This document shows, piece after piece, positions 41,442-49,637 of a DNA stretch of 64,000 nt; within the stretch, counting starts at the first letter, position 1, and every line of letters starts with the position of its first letter. Below the pieces are notes generated by a model. The model was given only the letters and a program-made list of their open reading frames with translations. It searched no databases and was not told the DNA's origin. The position numbers were made by a program, and so were the translations under genes. The DNA comes from Candidatus Dadabacteria bacterium. GTDB taxonomy: Bacteria > Desulfobacterota_D > UBA1144 > Nemesobacterales > Nemesobacteraceae. Where the stretch lies: assembly GCA_022822065.1 (NCBI GenBank), contig JAJECI010000001.1:23141-87140 (forward strand). The letters are read 5' to 3'.

Positions 41442-42241
41442 TGAGAAAAAAATATCTGGCCGTCGCCGTAGTGTCGTTTTGCTCCATGCTCATGTACGGG
41501 TGCGTAGCATCGGAAGGAGACCTGGATTTTCTTTACTCGAGGCAGAGGGAAATTCAAACGAGTCTCAAAAAGATGCAGAAGGATATCGACCAGCTGAATG
41601 CGGAGGTAAAAAAAGAAGAGAATATCACTGATCTTAGGGAAAAGACTTTCGAACTCGAAAACAAGCTTCTGGAACTCGAGCAGATAATAGGCGAAATGCA
41701 TACGCGGTTCAAAAAAATAGAAACCGGACTGCCAGCAGTTGCAGATGCCAAACCCCAGGCCGCGGTTCCCAAGCCGAAAACGCCTTCCGCCGCCCCCAAG
41801 CAGGCCTCTGAAAGCCCGGGCGGGAAACCCGGAACGGAACCGTCCACCGCGGAAAAGAATTCCAAGAAGAACTACAACCTGGGCCTGAAGGAGTTTTCCA
41901 ACGGCAACTATGAGGGCGCAAGGGCGCTGCTTCGAGAGTATCTCGCCACCGCCCCCAGAAGCGATGAGGCCGCAGACGCGATGTTCCTCATAGCAGATTC
42001 ACACTTCAAGGAAAAATCCTACGAGGAAGCCATACTCGAATACCAGAACACAATCGAAACCTGGCCCACCAGCCCCAAAGTCCCGCTTTGCCAGCTCAAT
42101 CAGGGAATCGCGCTCCTGGAAATAGGGAAACCGAACGAGGCGAGTCTCTTTTTTGAATCGCTGATCGAGGCGTACCCGGACTCACCCGAAGCCGCGACGG
42201 CGAAAAAACACCTTGAGGCCTTGTCTGCGCCGGGAGAATAG
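41441..42241 (+). CDS. cpoB: Tol-Pal system protein CpoB/YbgF (coiled coil plus TPR).
   Basis: Signal peptide, coiled-coil region and C-terminal TPR repeats (…YNLGLKEFSNGNYEGA…). It lies immediately downstream of pal. Confidence 0.75.
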   Translation: MRKKYLAVAVVSFCSMLMYGCVASEGDLDFLYSRQREIQTSLKKMQKDIDQLNAEVKKEENITDLREKTFELENKLLELEQIIGEMHTRFKKIETGLPAVADAKPQAAVPKPKTPSAAPKQASESPGGKPGTEPSTAEKNSKKNYNLGLKEFSNGNYEGARALLREYLATAPRSDEAADAMFLIADSHFKEKSYEEAILEYQNTIETWPTSPKVPLCQLNQGIALLEIGKPNEASLFFESLIEAYPDSPEAATAKKHLEALSAPGE

Positions 42242-42275
42242 AAGCTCCGGCCGTGGCCGGCACCGAACCGTTTTC

Positions 42276-43568
42276 ATGAAAACCACCAATTCAGAGAAGC
42301 TTTTTCGCAGAGCGAGAAACGTTCTTGTGGGCGGGGTGAACAGTCCCGTGAGATCTTTTGCGGCCGTGGGAGGTTCGCCGCTTTTCGTATCAAGGGCCGA
42401 AGGTTCCTACGTATACGACGCCGACGGCAACAGGTTCATCGACTACGTGGCCTCTTGGGGTCCGCTGATTCTGGGACACTCGCACCCCTCGGTGGTAAGC
42501 GCCGTCGGGGAAAGACTTCCGCTGGGAACGAGCTTCGGCGCTCCCTGCGAGCTGGAAACGGACCTAGCGGCGCTTATAGCAAGGCACTTCCCCTCGATTG
42601 AGAAGGTTCGTCTTACCAATTCCGGAACCGAGGCCACCATGAGCGCCATAAGGCTTGCAAGAGCGGTCACCGGAAGGGAGTACATAATCAAGTTCGAGGG
42701 ATGCTACCACGGACACTCGGATTTTCTGCTAGTGAAATCCGGTTCGGGGGCCACGACTTTCGGGAATCCAAGCAGCGCTGGGGTCCCGAAATCGTTTGTA
42801 AACAGAACGCTGCTAGCTCGGTACAACGACATAGATTCCGTCAAAAGGCTTTTCGAGAAGCATCCCCGGAAAATTGCCGGAGTGATAATCGAACCCGTGG
42901 CGGGAAACATGGGAGTGGTGACCCCGGAGAAGAACTTTCTGAAGAGACTACGCTCCACATGCAGAAAACACGGAGCGGTTCTCATCTTCGACGAGGTGAT
43001 AACCGGGTTTCGCCTCGCCAGAGGAGGCGCGCAGGAGCTGTTCGGCATAACACCGGACATAACCTGTCTCGGGAAAATAATAGGAGGAGGTCTTCCAGTG
43101 GGAGCATACGGAGCCAGCGCGGAAATAATGCGGATGGTTTCCCCCGAAGGCCCCATGTACCAAGCGGGCACCCTCTCGGGGAACCCGCTCGCCATGGCGG
43201 CGGGGATTGCGACAGTAAAAGAACTTAACCCCAGAACCTACAGGCGCCTTGAGAGCCTGACTGCCTCTTTGGTATCCGGAACAAGGGAGATAATAGCGGA
43301 ACTCGGCGTTGCCGCCACCGTAAACTCCGTCGGCTCCATGTTCACCGTGTTCTTCACCGACCAGAGAGTAACGGACTACGCCGGGGCGCTCGGATGCGAT
43401 ACCTCGAAATACGCGAGATTCTTCAGAAACCTTCTCGAGAACGGAGTCATGTTCCCGCCGTCTCAGTTCGAAAGCGTATTCGTTTCGACAGCGCATACGA
43501 AAAAGCAGGTAGGCCAGACCCTTAAGGCTGTCTACGCGTCACTTAGGGAAATTTCCCAGGGAGAGTGA
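42276..43568 (+). CDS. hemL: Glutamate-1-semialdehyde 2,1-aminomutase.
   Basis: MKTTNSEKLFRRARNVLVGGVNSPVRSF… and a class-III aminotransferase fold. The start is ATG at 42276. Confidence 0.9.
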   Translation: MKTTNSEKLFRRARNVLVGGVNSPVRSFAAVGGSPLFVSRAEGSYVYDADGNRFIDYVASWGPLILGHSHPSVVSAVGERLPLGTSFGAPCELETDLAALIARHFPSIEKVRLTNSGTEATMSAIRLARAVTGREYIIKFEGCYHGHSDFLLVKSGSGATTFGNPSSAGVPKSFVNRTLLARYNDIDSVKRLFEKHPRKIAGVIIEPVAGNMGVVTPEKNFLKRLRSTCRKHGAVLIFDEVITGFRLARGGAQELFGITPDITCLGKIIGGGLPVGAYGASAEIMRMVSPEGPMYQAGTLSGNPLAMAAGIATVKELNPRTYRRLESLTASLVSGTREIIAELGVAATVNSVGSMFTVFFTDQRVTDYAGALGCDTSKYARFFRNLLENGVMFPPSQFESVFVSTAHTKKQVGQTLKAVYASLREISQGE

Positions 43569-43569
43569 A

Positions 43570-43797
43570 ATCGGAAATCCCAACTGGCCTTTTTTCATCG
43601 TAATCGGAATTGAGTTCGCTTTTTCCGTCATAGCGGGGCTCTTCCTCGGGGACTACATCGACGGGAAACTTGACACCGCTTTCCCTTTCTTTACCCTGCT
43701 AGGTCTTGTGTGCGGAGTGATAGCGGGACTGACCCTGCTTTTGCGTACACTTAAACTGAGGCAGAAAAGAAAAGACGGGAACGATGAAAAACCTTAA
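43570..43797 (+). CDS. AtpZ-like small membrane protein (putative F0F1-ATPase-associated protein, PF09527 family).
   Basis: The frame after the hemL stop translates …NPNWPFFIVIGIEFAFSVIAGLFLGDYIDGKLDTAFPFFTLLGLVCGVIAGLTLLL…RQKRKDG…, typical of AtpZ. There is no canonical ATG/GTG/TTG start in frame. The frame opens at 43513, and the candidates are ATC at 43570 or CTG at 43528. Confidence 0.45.
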   Translation: MGNPNWPFFIVIGIEFAFSVIAGLFLGDYIDGKLDTAFPFFTLLGLVCGVIAGLTLLLRTLKLRQKRKDGNDEKP

Positions 43798-44125
43798 CCT
43801 CGGCGTCGAGAAATTCTCCCTGGCCGTAACGGCGCTTCTTTTCGCCGTGAATATCGCCATCGGGCAAAGGGAAATTGCGGTGGGCATAGCGGTTGCCGGG
43901 GTCCTTTTTCTGCTCGACTACGTGGCCATAAGATTCATCGTAAAGGCGCTTGCGGAAAGAAGGTATTCACTCGCATTTTCCATATTCATACTGGTCATGA
44001 AAATGCTCGCGCTGCTTGCGATAGTGGCGGTTTTGCTCGTATTTGCAAAACTGAATATTTATGGTTTAATGATAGGCTTAACTTCGGTGGTGATAGTAAT
44101 AATAGGTAAAGGTTTGAAGGGCTAG
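43784..44125 (+). CDS. atpI: ATP synthase protein I.
   Basis: 113-aa hydrophobic four-helix protein immediately upstream of atpB. Confidence 0.6.
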   Translation: MKNLNLGVEKFSLAVTALLFAVNIAIGQREIAVGIAVAGVLFLLDYVAIRFIVKALAERRYSLAFSIFILVMKMLALLAIVAVLLVFAKLNIYGLMIGLTSVVIVIIGKGLKG

Positions 44126-44127
44126 AC

Positions 44128-44817
44128 ATGGAACATTTCAGCTGGTTTTCCCTCGCCGGTCTCATAGAATACGACCATATTCTGGGCGGAGTGCTGGTAC
44201 TTCTGTTCATACTGTTTATCGGCCTGAGGGTGACAAAACATTACTCCAGAGAAGAATCCGTAATCCCCGAAGAGAAGCCGTCGATGAACATCTTCTTCGA
44301 ACTCGTGGGGCTCGAGTTCCTTTTCAACACGATTGAAAACGTTTTCGGATCCCGGGAGAAGGCGAAGAAATACTTCCCGCTTCTGGCCGGGTCGTTTTTC
44401 TTCGTACTGTTTGCTAACCTGCTGGGAATGGTCCCGGGCTTTCTTCCGCCGACCGGAAATCTGAACACCACCGTGGCGTGCTCGCTTCTCATATTCGTCA
44501 TGTACAACTACTACGGAATAAGGGAGCACGGATTCGGGTACATCAAGCATTTTCTGGGCCCGGTAATCTTCCTCGCGCCGCTTATGCTCATCATCGAGAT
44601 AATAAGCCATCTCGTAAGGCCCCTGTCATTATCTCTCAGGCTTTTCATGAACATAACCGGCGACCACATGGTGCTCGGGGTGTTTACCAACCTCACGCAT
44701 ATACTGATTCCCATGGCGTTCGTGGGACTCGGTATTTTCGTGTCTTTTCTGCAGGCTTTTATATTCACCATACTTTCGACCATATATATCGCGCTTGCCG
44801 AAGCGCATGAACACTGA
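44128..44817 (+). CDS. atpB: F-type ATP synthase F0 subunit a.
   Basis: Conserved C-terminal …LSLRLFMNITGDHMVLGVF… with Arg in the LSLRLF motif. Confidence 0.9.
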   Translation: MEHFSWFSLAGLIEYDHILGGVLVLLFILFIGLRVTKHYSREESVIPEEKPSMNIFFELVGLEFLFNTIENVFGSREKAKKYFPLLAGSFFFVLFANLLGMVPGFLPPTGNLNTTVACSLLIFVMYNYYGIREHGFGYIKHFLGPVIFLAPLMLIIEIISHLVRPLSLSLRLFMNITGDHMVLGVFTNLTHILIPMAFVGLGIFVSFLQAFIFTILSTIYIALAEAHEH

Positions 44818-44838
44818 CACAAATCTAGGAGGTAAGAA

Positions 44839-45165
44839 ATGAAAAGGTTGTTTTCTTTTATAGGTCTTGCGGCGCTGGCTTCGTTCGGCGTTTTCGTTCC
44901 CGACGCGTTTGCCGCGACTGAGGGGGGCTTAGGAGAACTGGCGAAAATGGGGCTTGGAATCGGCGCCGGAGTAGGCATAGGCATAGCCGCAGGCGTCGCT
45001 GGAGTAGGTCAGGGACTCGCCACGGCTTCCGCTGTTGACGGCATAGCCAGAAATCCGGGCGCTTCCGCGAAGATCCAGACGCCCATGATTATCGGTCTCG
45101 CCCTGATCGAGTCTCTGGTAATCTACGCCCTGCTGATAGCGTTTCTGCTTCAGGGAAAAATCTGA
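44839..45165 (+). CDS. atpE: F-type ATP synthase F0 subunit c (with N-terminal signal-like extension).
   Basis: The C-subunit hairpin has the [13 protein letters not shown] glycine-zipper and ion-binding E in …[16 protein letters not shown]…. Confidence 0.85.
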   Translation: MKRLFSFIGLAALASFGVFVPDAFAATEGGLGELAKMGLGIGAGVGIGIAAGVAGVGQGLATASAVDGIARNPGASAKIQTPMIIGLALIESLVIYALLIAFLLQGKI

Positions 45166-45178
45166 CGCACATAAGATA

Positions 45179-45219
45179 AAGACGGGGAATGCCACAGCAA
45201 AAAGGTTATTCCCCGTCTT
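45179..45219. terminator. Rho-independent terminator hairpin, potentially bidirectional (atpE on + and cca on -).
   Basis: Perfect 12-bp stem AAGACGGGGAAT / ATTCCCCGTCTT with a 17-nt loop. A/T-rich runs lie on both sides. Confidence 0.5.
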
Positions 45220-45284
45220 ATTATCTGCCGTTGCGCAGTACGGTTCCGTGCAACGAGTTGTAACCGGAACCCAAACGATAATCT

Positions 45285-46640
45285 CTAACCGCGGTTATCG
45301 GGATAATTCTTCAGCACAAAATCTATGGCTTCCTCTTTCGAGGCAAGCCCGTTTTCAAGCTGGAGTTCCTCCACCCTTCCCAGTATTTCCGAAAAAACGG
45401 GGCCGGGAGAATATCCGAGATCTATAAGATCCCGTCCGCTTAGAAGCGGCGGGGGCTTTATTTCCTCCCTCCCATACTCTTCCATCTTTTCCCTGATGAA
45501 ATCGTAGGCGTCGGTTTGTCCGTGACTTGCCATGCAGTCAGCGAGATGCATCTGCATGTGCTCCTCAAAATACGGAAGGGAAAGAAACCTCTTCAGGGTG
45601 CTTTCTCTCATGTTGAAAACATCCTTGAACTTAAGATGCTCGAGGATAAGCTCGGAAATTCTCTTTATCTGCTTTTTGGAAAATCTGAGCCTCCTGCAGA
45701 TATCCTCAGACATCTTGGCCCCTACCCTGTCGTGCCCGTTGAACCTTATCCTGTCAGACTCGCTGTAAGTAGGCGGCTTGCCCACGTCATGGAGAAGCGC
45801 GGCGACGGCAAGCTCCTCAGAGTAACTGCCGCCTGTGTTACCGTAGAGCATGTCCATAACAAGGCAGGTATGCTCAAACACGTCTCCTTCGGGATGAAAC
45901 TGGGGAGGCTGTTGCACCCCGTGCATGCATTCGACTTCCGGGAGGAAATGTTCGAGAAGACCGCTAGAGCTAAGAAGCCTGAGCCCGTCCCCAGGATTTT
46001 GGCGGGTGAGTATCTTGACGAGCTCTTCGCGTATCCTCTCCCCGCTCACGACGGATATAGCGGCGGCCTCGTCGCGTATAGCCGAAAGGGCCGCTCCGTC
46101 GAGCCGAAAATCGAGACATGACGCAAAGCGCACCGCCCTCATCATTCTCAGCCTGTCCTCGCCGAACCTTTCCTCGGGATCCCCTATGGTCCTGACAAGC
46201 CCCCGCTCAAGGTCCCCGAGACCCTCCACGTAATCGTAAAGCTCTCCGGAAACCGGATCGTAAAGCATTCCGTTTATCGTAAAATCCCTTCTGCGGACGT
46301 CTTCTTCCGGGCTTTTCGTGTAGTCGACGCGTTCCGGGTGCCTTCCGTCGCCGTAACTCGATTCCCTCCTGAAGGTGGCAACCTCGAATTTTATGTCTCC
46401 TTTTATCACCAGCACCACGCCGAAGCTCTCCCCCACGGCCACGGTCTTCGCAAACGCCCCCTGAACCTGCTCCGGAGTCGCGCTTGTCGCTATATCGATC
46501 TCGTCGCACTCAACGCCGAGCAGGGCGTCACGCACGCAGCCGCCCACGAAAAAAGCCTCGTGTCCCTTCTCCCCGAGGGTCTTTACGATCTCAAGCGCCC
46601 CCGCGAAATTTTTCTTCTCGAAATCAAGTTCCCTTTTCAT
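45285..46640 (-). CDS. cca: CCA-adding tRNA nucleotidyltransferase / poly(A) polymerase family with HD domain.
   Basis: Pol-beta NTase motif GGCVRDALLG…DIDIAT, RRDFTINGMLYD, and a C-terminal HD domain (ALLHDVGK). Confidence 0.85.
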   Translation of the reverse strand: MKRELDFEKKNFAGALEIVKTLGEKGHEAFFVGGCVRDALLGVECDEIDIATSATPEQVQGAFAKTVAVGESFGVVLVIKGDIKFEVATFRRESSYGDGRHPERVDYTKSPEEDVRRRDFTINGMLYDPVSGELYDYVEGLGDLERGLVRTIGDPEERFGEDRLRMMRAVRFASCLDFRLDGAALSAIRDEAAAISVVSGERIREELVKILTRQNPGDGLRLLSSSGLLEHFLPEVECMHGVQQPPQFHPEGDVFEHTCLVMDMLYGNTGGSYSEELAVAALLHDVGKPPTYSESDRIRFNGHDRVGAKMSEDICRRLRFSKKQIKRISELILEHLKFKDVFNMRESTLKRFLSLPYFEEHMQMHLADCMASHGQTDAYDFIREKMEEYGREEIKPPPLLSGRDLIDLGYSPGPVFSEILGRVEELQLENGLASKEEAIDFVLKNYPDNRG

Positions 46641-46727
46641 AAATTCGCCACCATGGCGTGCAAACCGGTTAAGTTATAATTTTAAATTCTACCCGAATCA
46701 TAATCCGCAAAGGCGGTCCGAACAAGA

Positions 46728-47723
46728 ATGAACGAAAGGAACTTCCGCAATTTTCTGGTGCGAAGAACAAAGGAAAACGGCTCAAGGCTGCTGTTTCAGA
46801 AAAAAGACGGATGGAGCTGGAAACAGATCACCTGGCCCGACCTTGTCACTGAGGTTGAAAGCATAGCCTGCTTTCTTCTGAATTCGGGGTTCTCAACGGG
46901 AAGCAAAATCGTTGTTCTCTCGCCCAACACGCTGGCGTGTCTTTTCTTCGAACTGGCGGTATTCGCGCTTGGGGGGATCTGCCTGCCCGCAAGAAACATG
47001 AAGGAAGCAAGGGAAATCCTCATGAGTTCGTCCGGAAACTGCTTTTTTCTTTGCACAAGCGCGGATGAGGCGCGAGAACTCGTCGAGACCCCAGTGCTCG
47101 GAGAAAAAATAAAAAAGGCTTTTCTAAGCGTAAACGAGAAGATTCCCGTGGAGGAAAAAACGGTCAGTTACTCTAACGTCGTAAAATTCGGCTTTCTCGG
47201 CAGAAAAAAGCTCAAGGACGAAATAAGCGCGATTGGAAGCTCGGTGAAAGAGGACTCCCCGGCCGTAATATTTGATGCGGGAGCCGCCGCGGCCGAGAGC
47301 AAAAGCTTTTCCCAAGGAGACATACTCGATCTCCTGCGCCTCTCAGAACAGGAACTGGGGGAAATCTCTGTTGAGGATCAGACATTCTCCTACCTTCCCG
47401 GCTGCGGTTCTTTTTCCAAATTCGCCAACCTGCTTAACCTGCAGACCGCGGCCAGGGGAGCCATCGCGGAAGGCACGGAAGACTTTTTCGCCGATGTCCC
47501 CGAGATAATGCCGGTCATGCTTTTTCTTCCGGGTGCCGAGATCGAAAACGTCGTTAACGGTCTCCGGGGCGAAAACGGTTCGGCAAAGAATCTCAGAAGC
47601 GATCTCGGGGGAAGAATAAGGCTTCTGCTTACGGATGTCCTGCCGCCCGAGAGAACAAGGGATCTGCTGGCTGCGCAGAACATATTGGTCGTCGAGCTTA
47701 AAAGTCTTTCGGTCGTTCCCTGA
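46728..47723 (+). CDS. ANL-superfamily (acyl-CoA synthetase-like) N-terminal-domain homologue with degenerate P-loop, a putative pseudoenzyme.
   Basis: Recognisable ANL N-domain layout (…WSWKQITWPDLVTEVESIACFLL…GSKIVVLSPN…). The AMP-binding P-loop position reads AVIFDAGAAAAESKS instead of T[SG]GTTGxPKG. There is no C-terminal subdomain (331 aa). Confidence 0.45.
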   Translation: MNERNFRNFLVRRTKENGSRLLFQKKDGWSWKQITWPDLVTEVESIACFLLNSGFSTGSKIVVLSPNTLACLFFELAVFALGGICLPARNMKEAREILMSSSGNCFFLCTSADEARELVETPVLGEKIKKAFLSVNEKIPVEEKTVSYSNVVKFGFLGRKKLKDEISAIGSSVKEDSPAVIFDAGAAAAESKSFSQGDILDLLRLSEQELGEISVEDQTFSYLPGCGSFSKFANLLNLQTAARGAIAEGTEDFFADVPEIMPVMLFLPGAEIENVVNGLRGENGSAKNLRSDLGGRIRLLLTDVLPPERTRDLLAAQNILVVELKSLSVVP

Positions 47724-47732
47724 AGATCAGAC

Positions 47733-48911
47733 CTAGGATTCGTTCTCCGTTCCCTCAACGCTGCAAAACGCCCTGCCCCTGCTTAGCCTCAAAACGAGTT
47801 TCTCCTCGCGCTCAAGCGTCCGGGAATCCCGCACTATCTCCCCGCTTTCTTCCTTCGAGACTATGGCGTATCCCCTCTCAAGGACGCCGAAAGGGTTCAG
47901 CGAGGTAAGTTTTCCCGAATAATTCTCGATGCGCCGTTCAAGGTTCTCGATCCGCGAGGTCATATGATGCCTGAAACTGGCTGCGAGCCCGTCAAGCTGC
48001 ATGGAGAACATGTCCATGCGGCTTGTGAGGGAAAAATCGAGGCGGCGGCGAAACTGCGCAAGATCTTCTAGGACTTCCCTTTTTTCCCTTACCGCAAGCT
48101 CGGCGGCCATTGAGGGGGTGGCCGCCCTCACGTCGGATACCAGGTCGGCTATCGTCACGTCCACTTCGTGTCCCACGGCCGAGATCACGGGAAAGGGGGA
48201 AACGGCGATTTTTCTTGCGACCCCCTCGTCGTTAAAAGCCCTGAGATCTTCTTTCGATCCCCCTCCCCTGGTCACGATCACGAGATCAAGTCCCTCCATG
48301 CCGTAGAGCCTGTCAAGGGCTCTCGTTATCTCGGCCGGGGCGCTGTCCCCCTGAACGCTCGCGGGAGAAATAACAACCTCTACATTGGGAGACCTCCTGT
48401 ATACGACTTTTATGACGTCCCTCACGGCAGCTCCCGAAGGGGAGGTAACCACCCCTATTCTGCGGGAGAGAAAAGGAAGGGGGCGTTTTTTCGAGACGTC
48501 AAAAAGTCCTTCTTCTGAAAGATTCTGCTTGAGTTTTTCAAGCGCGAGCGCGTCGGCCCCCACTCCCTTCGGCTCCATCGCGCTTACGTACAGCTGGTAC
48601 TTGCCGTCTTTCTCGTAAACCCCGACGCGCGCGGAACAGATGACGTCCATTCCGTTCTCCGGCGTGAATTTTATCTGCTGATTACTGCCCCTGAAGCAGA
48701 CCGCGGAGATCTGGCTCTGCTTGTCCTTCAGGGAGAAATACCAGTGGCCGCTTGCGTAATGCCCCTTGAAACCGGAAATTTCCCCCGCGACCCATATTGT
48801 CTCTCCGCCGAACTCAAGCTCAATCGCATCCTTTATCGAGGAATTGAGTTCCGATACGCTGTAGATTTTCCTGTCCATTCTTAAAAGCACCTTCCCGGGC
48901 GGAGGACTCAC
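47733..48911 (-). CDS. xseA: Exodeoxyribonuclease VII large subunit.
   Basis: N-terminal OB-fold (…IWVAGEISGFKGHYASGHWYFSLKD…) and a typical XseA catalytic region. Confidence 0.85.
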   Translation of the reverse strand: MSPPPGKVLLRMDRKIYSVSELNSSIKDAIELEFGGETIWVAGEISGFKGHYASGHWYFSLKDKQSQISAVCFRGSNQQIKFTPENGMDVICSARVGVYEKDGKYQLYVSAMEPKGVGADALALEKLKQNLSEEGLFDVSKKRPLPFLSRRIGVVTSPSGAAVRDVIKVVYRRSPNVEVVISPASVQGDSAPAEITRALDRLYGMEGLDLVIVTRGGGSKEDLRAFNDEGVARKIAVSPFPVISAVGHEVDVTIADLVSDVRAATPSMAAELAVREKREVLEDLAQFRRRLDFSLTSRMDMFSMQLDGLAASFRHHMTSRIENLERRIENYSGKLTSLNPFGVLERGYAIVSKEESGEIVRDSRTLEREEKLVLRLSRGRAFCSVEGTENES

Positions 48912-49405
48912 TCAAACAGATGCGGAGATTTAGTTTTCACCTTTTCGAGGATTTCGTCTGAAACCTTGAGATTTTCAAGATCCTTGAGATGAAACAGCTG
49001 GGAAGCCCGCAATTTCCTCACTCCCGCAAGATCGGCATCCCTGAGAATCGCCCCGTCGAAATTCGCGAGCTTGAGGTTAGCTCCGGCGAAATCGGCGCCC
49101 GTAAGATCAGCGCCCAGCATGTGGGCCCCTTCAAGGTTGGCGCCTCTGAATACCGCGCCGCGAAGATCGGAGCCCTCAAGGTTCACTCCGCGCATGTTCG
49201 CCTCGGAAAAATCCGCGCCCACCATGCTGCACCCCCTGCAGAAGGCAAGCTTGAGAACCGACTTCGTAAACACTGCGCCGTCAAGATTAACCCCGTTAAG
49301 ATTCGCCCAGCCGAGATCCGGGATAACGTCGGGCTCCTCCTCCCGCCACCGGTTCCACGCGGCCGCACCCTCTTTTACCCTAGAGACATGCTCCGAATCA
49401 GCCAC
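48908..49405 (-). CDS. Pentapeptide-repeat protein.
   Basis: Tandem A(D/N)LxG / A(N/D)FxG pentapeptide repeats through most of the 165 aa. Confidence 0.75.
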   Translation of the reverse strand: MADSEHVSRVKEGAAAWNRWREEEPDVIPDLGWANLNGVNLDGAVFTKSVLKLAFCRGCSMVGADFSEANMRGVNLEGSDLRGAVFRGANLEGAHMLGADLTGADFAGANLKLANFDGAILRDADLAGVRKLRASQLFHLKDLENLKVSDEILEKVKTKSPHLFE

Positions 49406-49619
49406 AGCAGCCCACCGCCAGTGACAGTCCGAAAACCTTAAACGCGGACAGAAGTATGTAAATCGCGACCGCTATAAGTATCACGCTCCGAAGAAGTCCC
49501 CTGACTCCACTTTTCGCCCTGCGCCGCATACTCTCTCCGCAGGAAAGGCATATGTCCGTTTTCGCCGTGGTCTCGTAACCGCATTCTTCACATCTTCTGA
49601 CAGGCTGAAGCGACATCAA
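49398..49619 (-). CDS. Small zinc-ribbon membrane protein.
   Basis: CEECG…CLSCG zinc ribbon followed by a single TM helix. 73 aa. Confidence 0.4.
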   Translation of the reverse strand: MMSLQPVRRCEECGYETTAKTDICLSCGESMRRRAKSGVRGLLRSVILIAVAIYILLSAFKVFGLSLAVGCCG

Positions 49620-49637
49620 GCTATCCCTTTTTCTTCC

